This document shows positions 50,175-61,206 of a stretch of 64,000 bases of DNA, piece by piece. The stretch is from contig OZ281499.1 in the NCBI GenBank assembly GCA_965637545.1, forward strand, positions 26,040,001 through 26,104,000, read 5' to 3'. A program made the translations under genes and the position numbers. Source of the stretch: Phallusia mammillata. Taxonomy: Eukaryota. Each line of letters starts with the position of its first letter. Position 1 is the stretch's first letter. The notes beneath the pieces were generated by a model. That model did no database searches. It was not told the DNA's origin and saw only the letters and a program-made list of their open reading frames with translations.

Positions 50175-50328
50175 GACGAATCAACACGTGGAAGCGACCT
50201 TTGGAAAATTTCTGATGTCGCTGTGCGAGAGAAAAAGTTTTGGGGTAATCAGACTCCCTTGAAAGAGTCGGGGACGCTACAATGTAGTGAATATAAGGAG
50301 GGGGCCGCCACGTTTTTGTGCAGATTGA
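50175..50328 (+). promoter_or_regulatory. Conserved cassette, core promoter of gene 7
   Basis: CACGTG 50185-90; TATAAG at 50292; GCAGATT with A at 50322. Confidence 0.65.
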
Positions 50329-51957
50329 TTTGGTTTGCCATTAGGTGGAAAAGAAAGAGATGGGTGAAAGTGCGCTTAGAACAAAACGCGAGGAGTTTTT
50401 GCGGCAAATGGGTCCGAAATTGTCCGGGGTTGGAAGCCAATGCAGTCGAAGGCCTTGGCGTGGACGTGCGCGTGTGCCTGGACACAAGTTGAGGAAAAAC
50501 TCGGGCATAACATACAAAGTTTAAGCAGCTATGACAGAAATGGTCATGCGCATGAGAAAGTTATTTTAATAAAAATATTAGCGGCACAAATGCTGAGTGA
50601 CATCTAACAATGTTGTTGGTTGTCAGTGGTAAAAAAGCGCTGATTTTACAGAAGCTGGTTGTATGAGCCAACGCGGTTTCAGTACAACTGGTCTGAACAA
50701 AAAATGGTGTTGACAGTTGATGGTGCCGCTAACTGATACATGCGGTGCGCGAATAAACAATGGAAGCAAATTTACAACCGGGCGATGCTAAAAATATTGA
50801 ACTGATGTAACATAAGAATAGATAACATAATAATAATGGAACATTACTTGTCATAGCGTTTGGTATGTGTTTATTTGGTTAAGTATGGCTAAAAACTTGG
50901 ACATATAAAGTATTTGCTGTGTTGCAGTGTTCTTGTTTTAGCGAGCGTAATACTTCGCATTGCAAAGTATTTTACTGACGATCTAATTCCAATGAAACAA
51001 TCTTGCGCACCTAGACACTATGCATTAGCTTAAGTCAAGTGACGGCGTTTCAAAAAAAATAAACCAAACAGTTAAGTTTTGACTTGCGTGTAGCTTCAAT
51101 TAAGGCGTGAATGTTGTTTTTGGTCAAATACGGAAACCTTTTGGCATTAGGGCAATATTTCAACCATTCAAATAACTGTACGTTTCGCAACACCAATAAA
51201 ATTAAAATTGGATGTTCGAGCGGACAATGCTCTGACGCAGGGGTGTGGAACAGACGGTCCGTGGTCCACAATCCAGGCTGCCAATATATTTGGTGTGGCC
51301 CTCAACAACACACCCATTCAGAAAAAAATGCAATTCGTCTGAGAATTTATCAAAATTTTCAACTAAGTTGCTATACTAAACGTAACAGGTATAAGCTAAG
51401 CCAGGGTTTTCCAACCTGACTTAATATCCGAAATAGGTTATCTGGCCTACCGACAAAAAATGTTGCACACCCTGTTTCAACGGGATTGGGCTGCTAAACT
51501 AACGGCATTATCTAACTAAAATTCTTGTTCATAATTTTGAAGACAAAAAAATTTCGGATAATTAGTACTAGCCACAAACTACCGCAACAAAGGCAGTGCT
51601 GTTATTGAGATAAAGCTGTGTTGCGCTCTACTGTTTGAAACCTCTTCTGCATATAAACAATGTTGTCAAACTTCTTTGTTGTTTAGCTTTTTTATTTTCA
51701 TATTATCTTGACAGATTTTTTGAACGACGTAAAATCAGTTACCAAATGACACGCCACGAAAGTAATATGGGTGTGGGGTCAAATAACTTATCAGAACATG
51801 GCGCAATGTAAACTATTTTAAGTTTAAACACAACCAATTATTTATTGGTCACGTTTGTTAAATAAAAACCGTTTTGTAGTCATAGAATTATTGGGAACTG
51901 GATTTGTCACATATTTATCATAAATATCCGACTACTTAAAACAAAACAAAAAGAAAA

Positions 51958-54900
51958 ATGTATTTCGCTGGAGCAGTGGCCGTGTTTGTCGCCCTTCTGT
52001 GCGGCGTCGCAAATGGTTTGGATTGTTCGGTGGGAACAATGATGAAAGATGGGGGAGATCCCGCAACTGGAACGTTTACACTTGCAACTTGCCCTACCGA
52101 CTATCAATGCTCAAGAACCGAAACAACTGCAGGTAACTATATGTACATATATCGTTTAATTGTTAAAAGCACGTGATTCATTCTAAATATAGTTTATTAC
52201 TTTTATCTTTTGCAAAACTCAAATTTCTTTCAGGTACCGTCGTCACGACCGTGACATCATGTTCTACAGCTTCTGCATGCGACAACCTTTGCCTTGGTGC
52301 AGCGTAAGTTTGTGAAAATTATAAACAGAAAAAATAAATAAAAATGAATGTAAATTTCAATCGCGTTATTGTTCTATATTTGTTATAATATATACGCTAT
52401 GTTTGCAGGGATTGTGTTGAAGCTTGCTGCAATGATGCGGACAACTGCAACAATGCTGCGGTGGCTGACATCATGGGAACTGTCAACTGCATTACTGACT
52501 ACACGACTTCCCCTGTAACCAGCACAACATGTCAAGCTACCGAAATGTGTGGAAGAATAGAAGTTACGGGTAATACTAGATGTAAAAGTAAAATTGTCTT
52601 TAACATTAACCACTTGTAATGTTTTTAGTTAGCACAACTACAACACCTACAGGCAGTTGCGCAACTGCAGCAGATTGTACCAATGAGGCACTGTGTGGTA
52701 GTACATCCGGGTAAGAAAGCAATATACTTCGTGATCATTAAAACTTAGGCTGGATAATAAATCTTATGTATATTCAACCAGTTTGCGTAAAGAAACTGAT
52801 GTATTAGGAGAACCACATTATTGAAAGAAATCTTAATATTTACTTTTTCATTTATCCAAAATAGTGTGCTAGTAATCATAGCCGATTTATTTTGACATTT
52901 TTTGCACAGTACGTGTATAGAAGCTTGCTGTAACAACGCAGATGATTGCAACAATCAAGCAGTAGCAAATGTAGGCTTCCTTTCCTGTATCGGAGCCAGT
53001 GGATCTGAGGTTTGCAGCACTGCTGGACATGTTTGTGCCAAACAAGAAGTTACTCCAGCTGGAGGTGGGTGTCTGTATAGTTACTGCACTTTAGACCAAT
53101 CAAAAACGTGCAAAGTTCATTCCATTCATGCCATATTAAAAGTAATTTATTATATTACCTACGAGATGAAAATGCTCTTGTTTAATTTTAAAGGAAGCAC
53201 AACAACGACCGCATCGTGTCAAGCACAAACCGCTTGTTCAACACTCTGCGATGGTGAAGACGCGTAAGTTCGCACTGGATCAAACCCACTTACATAAACT
53301 AAATTAATTAATCAATCAGACAGTTGCATTTAGATCGCAAATCACTTTTTTTACGTTTAATTTAATTCTTTAAAACAATCCTAGAAACACTTGGTTTAAA
53401 AGTTAAAAGTCGACAAATTTTTTTTGATTTGTATCTGTAAAGACTGCCACCAATAGTTCCCAATAAATGCACAACGGGAACCCCGTGTATTTAAATTACA
53501 ATTATTAGACTCCAGTAACGTATAGTTGTTTTGTTTATGTAGCGGCACATGCGTGTCCGCTTGTTGCTCAAACGCTGACGATTGCAACTCGGGAACCGTC
53601 GCTGAGATCAACTCGCTAAGAGTTTGTATGGTGGGAACTTTCACTCAGGACGGAAATGCGGATGCGTCTGGACCGCTGACTGTTACAACTTGCACGGCTA
53701 ACCAGATTTGTGGAAGAACCGAAACAACAGGTTAGAAAAATCTTTAAAAGCGCAACATAAAAAAGCCGAACTAACTAAAAATGTCATCTTGTATGAAAAT
53801 AATTATCTTGCGAATTTTGAAATGACTAAATGTTTATGCTAACGCCTTTGTTTAGTTGCTTCCACCGGACAAAATAAATAGGCCATTTAAAAGAGAAATT
53901 TATACCAATGTAGCATTTTTTCTCTAGTATTTAAAAAAAACTATCTAATAAAGCAGAATCTTTTGCAGTGGGTACAGTGGTAACGACGGTTGGATCTTGT
54001 CAAGATTCTGTCACAACATGTGACCTACTTTGCATCGGGACATCGTAAGTTACTTGACATACAGTGTGGCTATTTAATTGTCAGCAGTTATGGTAACCAG
54101 CAGCACTTTCGACTCTTGTGAAACATTTTTTTCCACGGCAGAACCAAAGAGCACACTAAAATGCCACAAACGGGGTTTTTGACTAAACACAAAAAATAGC
54201 TTCAATTTGAATTACGTAACCAATCCATTGTTAGCATTAACAGCCAGTGGTTAATATGTAGTAAATCGCTTCAGTTCAAGTGAATACAACAGTTGTTTGG
54301 GAATTTTTAGGAACTGTGTGTCAGCTTGTTGCAACAATGAAGATAACTGCAACAGACAGTCAGTCGCTGATATGGGAACAGCTATTACTTGTGGGACTGG
54401 GACATTGACTAATGGAGCATTTCCAACAACAGATATGGCCTGTACAACTTTCTGTGGAAGACAGGAAACTGATAGTGGCGGTAAGAATATTTGGTTGTCA
54501 TAATACCAAAATGACTTGTGCATACACTCGGGTCTGTAGTAGAGAAAACGCCAACAACTTTAACCTGTTCCCTGACTACAATCAATCGCACATTTTAAAG
54601 TAAATTAGAATGAAGAGAATTGTAGCCTACATTTTGAACAAAAATATGCAAACGCGATTTGTTGTACAGAAAGCAGTGTCACCAATTTACTTTGTCTAAA
54701 ATTAAAATGTATGGTGGAGATAGTAAACGTGTAAAACTCGCGCTAATTACACAAATACATGTGTATATATAACATTTAAAAGCGACACTTTTTTACAGTT
54801 GTAGGATCTTGTTCAACACAAACGCAGTGTGACGCTCTTTGCACTGGTCAAATGTAAGTAAAAAATTATACCTTGTTGTGCTACTGTGAAGAAATAGAAA

Positions 54901-57763
54901 GTAAACCGACAACGGGGGGTGACTTAACTCAGATTGTCAATGCCTGCTTCGAGTTATATAACCTGAGATTCTAGGCGTATGTTTTCCGGAAACTTTGTTA
55001 ATCGTCCTTGTAGTAAACAGTAATAATCAGTGATAAAAGCGGTGGTACTAAATATCGCATGTGACCGCACGTTATCACATCAAAGGAAGTTGTAAAGGGC
55101 TTGAAAAAACTTTTGCAAAGGTATAATTTTGCGGACTTTTGAAAGCTTTGACGGTTAGCGCTATTCGGGTTAAGTAAGGGTTTGCAATTAAAATAATGCT
55201 AGAATCTGGACTAATTTACCCTTTTGGGGGCTTCCATTCTCACATTATCGACATCATTCAGTATTCTCAGTGGAATACTATGCGGTGCAATGTGGTAATA
55301 TGCGGCATTTAGCTCTACTCCTTCTAAAAGACTTGCCGCAACCAAACAATCATTTCCCGTGGTGTTTTAGGTTCCAAAATCTCCAGCTTAACAAATGACG
55401 TTTATAGCCCGTAGTGTACGTGAAATTTCGACTACATTTTTTGCGCCACAGATTTAAACTGTTGCACAAGACACGAACAGAAGCAAATCAAAATACGTTA
55501 CATTCTGTCCAAACATTTCAACAACAAAGTGTTAATATTCGACCTTCCAATTGTATTTTTGCAGGAATTGTGCCTCTGCTTGCTGTGATAACGCAGACAA
55601 CTGCAACCTCGTATCAGCCGCTGTGCAAAATGGTAGGGTATGTATGGTTGGAACAACTATGACAGTTGGAAGCAACGCTGCAACTGAAAGTTTGGTGGCC
55701 ACTCATTGCAATCCCAATATGTTCTGTGGAAGAACTGAAACCACAACAACAGCAAGTAAAATACATTCTGCGGTTTGATTTATGGAGTACTCGTCGAATT
55801 TTTTAACAAAACCGCAATTTTGCAGACAACGAGGACACAGTGGTTGTTGTTGGATCATGTCAAGCATCAGCAGACTCATGCGACTTGCTCTGTGCAGATG
55901 ACTCGTAAGTTTACAAGCTCACACATTCTACAAAATCCAGCACGACCAACATTACACAATTTGCAGAAACTGCGTCCGTGCATGCTGCAACAATGCGGAC
56001 GGTTGCAACAGTGTTTCAGTTGCTATGATGACAAGTACGCTGACTTGTTACGATCAAGCAGTTACAGGAACAGCGACAGCTTTAACCACAACAGCGGACT
56101 GCACCACCGATCAAGTTTGTGCTAGAACAGAAACCGGAACTGGAAGTAAGTCCTGTTGCTGGGGGTTGCTACCGCGTTCTGTATAACTTAGATTTGAATT
56201 ACATTGAAACTTATTGTAAATTGAAATGGTAAAGGTAACTATTTTTTATTCGGCAGTGAGAATCGCGCACTTTAAACAATTGATCTGCATTATTTGTTGT
56301 TGAATAAATCAATTTCAACAACACAACTGACAAACGGCTTCCCGTGCGCACAAAAAATACGCGATTTTACTGCCGAACAAAAATTTACACCAAAGCAAAG
56401 ATTCTTTTAACACAATAATGTTCGAACAGATACAGCAGATGTTGTTACATCTTGTCAAGCTGCAACTACATGTGCAACATTGTGTGGCTCAACTCCGTAA
56501 GTACTCAACTATGTCACAATTTCTATTACTGCCTGAAATTAGTAACAGTCCCTTGAAGCTCCACGCACAATTACACCCCAGAGGCTTAAATCCTACTTTT
56601 TTGCACGCATAGTTTTCAGTTTTAAACTTGTTTTTGGGAACCCAAAGTTGGGAACAAGTGACTCAAATTAATAGTTGTCAGCAAACCGGTTTGTTCTATT
56701 TCATCAGTTTGTGACGACAAAACACAGGTTACAATAGTCAAGGGACAATTTTACAGTATTTGTAAACCACATTTTTCATAGAAATTGTGTGAGTGCTTGC
56801 TGCAGCAGTTCGGATCTCTGCAACATTTTAACAGTGAGCCAACAAATGGCCCGAAACTGTTACGTTGGAAGTTCAACTTCCGACACACCAGTTATGGATA
56901 TGACTTACACTCGGTGCGCTGCATCCGAACAGTGCGGAAGAACCCAGACATCTGCCACATCTGGAAGTAAGTCTTGTGCGACGTTACCTAATGGTCGTCT
57001 CTTATTCGAACTTTCGTACGTAACAACCCTACTTAAAGTACTCATAAAGGGCAATAACAACCTGCAGACAGTGTACAATGTTTCGATCTATATAGTCTCA
57101 TTATTGCAGCTGGTGGCGATAGATTAACCGTATTTGCTAGTGAAGCCATCCAACCACAATAAAGAAAGCCATACCTCTACTATTCTGTTCGCTGCCACAA
57201 CTGGTTTGGGGCCTTCACAAGAGCAATAATGCTTTGGATAAATTATTCGCGCACATTTTCTTTTGCAATTATGTTTTCTAATGTTTTGCTAATATTCAGG
57301 TACAACAACAGTGACTACAGTTGGATCTTGTACAGCAGCAACTGCATGCGACACACTTTGCGGAACGTAAGTTAGTAAAAACATACTTACAAATTTTTGT
57401 AACAGTCTCTAGTACTAAGTAAACCTTTGCCCATCGCTTGTTTGTGAATGGTATTCGTATAAACTTTGTCCCATCAAAAGTGATACGAACAACATTTCTT
57501 TTAACATGCATATTAACATCCTTTCAGAAAAGATTACAAAGTAAAAAACGAACGAACAGCAAAACATGATTATCTTGTTTCACAGGGCGGAAAACTGTGT
57601 ATCAACTTGCTGTGACACTGATGGTTGCAACTCTGCCGCTATTGCCACAACCACTACTACAACCACTGCAGCAACTACAACAACTGGTGGTGCTGAACAT
57701 GCAGCACAAATTAATATGTTGGTGATGATGGGTCTTGTGGTTCTCGGTTGGTTCATGGCTTGA
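51958..57763 (+). CDS. Gene 7: signal peptide, 8 LU-like domains, Thr stalk, GPI-type tail (715 aa, 17 exons)
   Basis: Exons 51958-52132, 52234-52303, 52409-52569, 52629-52710, 52910-53064, 53194-53263, 53543-53730, 53969-54044, 54311-54480, 54799-54853, 55565-55755, 55826-55904, 55967-56145, 56430-56496, 56782-56966, 57300-57366, 57586-57763. Total 2148 nt, in frame. Confidence 0.88.
57040..57204 (-). mobile_element. Decayed copy of the hammerhead-bearing element in intron 15 of gene 7
   Basis: 57062-57154 aligns with 6865-6959 (~75-80% identity by eye). 57184-57204 matches the reverse complement of that element's spacer (19/21). Core CTGATGA is mutated to ATAATGA. Confidence 0.75.
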
Positions 57764-60479
57764 TCGATATGTTTCCAATGCATCAGCATTACTGTGTTTG
57801 TGTGATTTAGAGAATATATATTCAAGTTTAAACTATTTTCTTACGTTGCACATGGATTTCAACCTACTGTGAAGTGTGTTAATGTAAGTTGTGTCTCAGT
57901 GTTATGATATATTTAAACTGATTCTGTACATTCCAAAACTGTTTGCAATTTATATCGCCAAATAGAATTTTTTGTAGTGAAATTCCTGTGATTTATTGGG
58001 CAGACGAAGTGAAATCGTGTGCACAATAGTTCTACACTCGACGCTAATGAGTTTCAAAATAAAAAACCCGGAAAAGACGCGTCAACACAAAGGTAGCGCA
58101 GTAGAAAACGTTTTTCGATGTCTCGGATTACCCAGTTTTTTTACTAGCTGCAATCACTCAGTACCGATCCATTGGCAATGATGATTTAAGTCAATTCGTT
58201 TGTTTCGATTTCACGCAATTCACACTAACGTAATAATGTCACAATACGCGTTTCCAACCTTTGTTACGGTGTACTTTAAAATTACACAGTTTAAATTATG
58301 AACGAAATTAGTGAGTCCTGTGAAATTTAATGCGAACGCAACTTAAACCTAAAAACAGAAACAAGGGTGCTTTTCAAATTTAACAAAAGGCGACAATGAC
58401 AAGACACAATCTCTGTCATTACTACCAATAAACACAGAAAAGGCCCGAGTGTTATTACACAAACTTGCCCCACGAGTAAGAACGTTTAGAAAACAATTTT
58501 CGAGTTTATTAATAGTTTATTAAAAAAAGAGAGAGGTTTTTTAGTGCAACCAAACTTGGTTGAAAAGGACGGGACGCTAACGTTGAGTGAATATAAGGTT
58601 GGGATCGTATGGTTTTACATCAGTTGAGTTGGAGGGAAAAGATGATATTTTGTTTAAGTTTTTGAATTGCAACTTCAGTTTAGACTCTAGAGTTTCGCGG
58701 GAATTGGCTGAGATTTTTCGGCGGGTTTCATGAAATCGCTCGAGGCCAAGTCGCTTGTGGGCCTTGTCGCTTTAAACATTAGTAAATAAGAATTCGCTTT
58801 AAACATTGAAGTCAAATTGGCATTTTTTGCTAGGCCATGATTTCCAGCTATAGTTTGTTCAAACGCAGAATGTTGCGAAAACTTAACCTGCATATTAGGC
58901 GTCTAAGACAGCGGTGATCGAAGGGCCACGTTGCTTAATCTTTTAGCGTCTGGAGCCAGGTTCGGGTTATTTCCTGACATGCGACAACTTTGAATTGGTG
59001 AAAATGTACCATGTTTGGTCCTGGGGCTTTTGCAGCTTTTGCCTTATACATTTTTAAATGCAGGTAACTATCGAACAGAACGCGCGAGGTGATACGCGGT
59101 AAATTGGTCCAAAATTGTGGGGGGTTGGAAGGCAATGCAGTCGAAGGCCTCGTGTAGGCGTGTGTTTTTGAACAAACTTGAAAAAAGTCAGGCATAAACA
59201 TCACGTGGTAGGATACAAGTTGAGCGTTATAATAAAGTTTTGAAAACTTTCATAACGACTTCCATGCGGACCAGGAAATGGTTAAAGTAAAAATATTTTT
59301 GTGGCGCGACGCACTAAAGCAGGGTCACGCATAGTTTACAAACATCGCCTGTTTCTAGCTTGACCTGCGAGTCGAGCTTAATTGGACCGCCAAGAGATGG
59401 TCTTTCTATAATCTTATTTGTCTAATTAGTGCGCCTGTTAAATTGTGTATTCAGTCATATTTACCAAGAAATGCTCCTTTGCTTGGAAGTAACAAAAAAG
59501 CAATTGCTCGCGAACAATTAATATTTTTAGTCTTGTTTGTGATGTAACAAACTGCCTAACTGGATCCTTCCCTGCGTTGAAATCATATGAGACTAGGTAA
59601 AGAAAATCTTACAAGTCGTGGTAGAAACGTTTTCGCACAAAGTAAATTCAGCTTAGATTGCGTAACAAAGTTATAAACGCGATTTCGCCAAAAAAAATTT
59701 GTCTGTTAATATAAGTGTTGTAAGTGTTTGATATAAGCTGTGTCTGTTAATAGAGAGGTGTTATGATACGTTTAAACCGATTCTGTACATTCCAAAACCG
59801 TTGGATTGTAAAAACGCTAAATATAACTTTTATAAACAATTGCCAGGTGTCATAAAAACAACAAAGGAATTTGAAAACCTTTAAACAAACTTAAGTTGAT
59901 ACTCTGGTGGTTGCAACATTTGGAAAGAATGAAGTAATGTCTCTCTAGTAACAAAAAATAAAGTTTTTTATTGGTCAAAAAATGCCTTCTAAATTTCACT
60001 TATTTAACAAAGATATAGTCAACCACACTACACTTCCTCTTTCGTTGCCCAAAATCAGTCAGGACACAAAAAAGTAAAAACGGCGGATTTAGTCTTGCGT
60101 GAAATACTGACACGAAACCCCTTTTCTGCGTCTCATGGCGGATACCAGTTCCACGTGATGTTGATTAAATTCTAATGCCGACTCAACATTCACAGCAGAA
60201 GCAAAACTGACTACCGCTGAATTAACAACAACATCAGCAATCGAGCTCCACATTTACTGTTTAAAAGTGTTGCTGTTTTATACATTTTTTAATGCACATT
60301 AAATCATATATGCTTGTCGCCGGTGAATATAGCAAGCAATAAATGATTGGTAGAAAAAGTCGAGTATCGTCTGTAGCCAAAAGACTGCAGTGAATGATTG
60401 GTTAATTAAGATGAATGTGAACAGAAGCGCAATACCAGTCACGACAAAAACACGAGAAATACGCCGATCCTCACCGCAC

Positions 60480-60637
60480 ACGACGAGTCAACACGTGGAA
60501 GCGTCAACCTTTGGAAAATTTCTAATGGCGCTGTGCGAGAGAAAAAGTTTTGGGGTAATCAGACTCCCTTGAAAGAGTCGGGACGCTACAATGTAGTGAA
60601 TATAAGGAGGAGGCTGTCACGTTTTTGTGCAGTTGAG
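60480..60637 (+). promoter_or_regulatory. Conserved cassette, core promoter of gene 8
   Basis: CACGTG 60492-97; TATAAG at 60601; GCAGTT with A at 60631. Confidence 0.65.
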
Positions 60638-61206
60638 TTGAGTTTACGGCGAAGTGGGAAGAGAAAGAAAATCGAGAGTAGTGCGCTTTGGTTTTCGGGC
60701 AAAAAGAGAAAGATTTGGCGCAAATCAGTGCCTAATTGTCCGGGACTGGTTGGAATTGTGATCAAAGGCCCTACACAACTTTGTTTTTTGTGTGCTCGCC
60801 TCAGAGCTATGAAAACGCAATAATAAAAAGGTTTTACACACAATGAACCTCAACTTTAGTTTTCAGACGCGCAAAAACATTGTTACAACATGTTGTCGGA
60901 ATGTGAAAAAACGATATTGTTTGAAAAATCATGATAGTAAACGCCATTTTAGTTATGACATAGTATGAAGGATTGTGGGGTACCGTTTCAAATTTGGGTT
61001 TGCAAGTGGCCGAATCAGTTTGGCAAACCGGATACATATCTAGCTTGTACTTAATTCGTTCAATGAGTTGTTCAAGTAGTCATCGTATATGTGTTAAAAA
61101 TTTAGTGGTAAGATCATAATTTAATGCCAACAATTTATCCGATCGAACATGTTCGTACAGGTATAGTTGGGATTTGTTTCAACCAAAAATATCTCAAATT
61201 TAAACA

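Noticed and set aside
51238-51474. Possible hAT-type MITE (CAGGGGTGTGGAAC ... GTTGCACACCCTG); similar CAGGGGTCACCAAAC at ~49222
   Set aside because: The terminal repeats are short and imperfect, and there is no convincing 8-bp TSD.
3267-57763. Assigning named genes (CD59, PLAUR, CD177, LYNX1, Bouncer) or calling the proteins metallothionein- or keratin-associated-like
   Set aside because: No orthology can be shown without searches. The signal peptide, ordered 10-Cys spacing and GPI-type tail argue against metallothionein or KAP.
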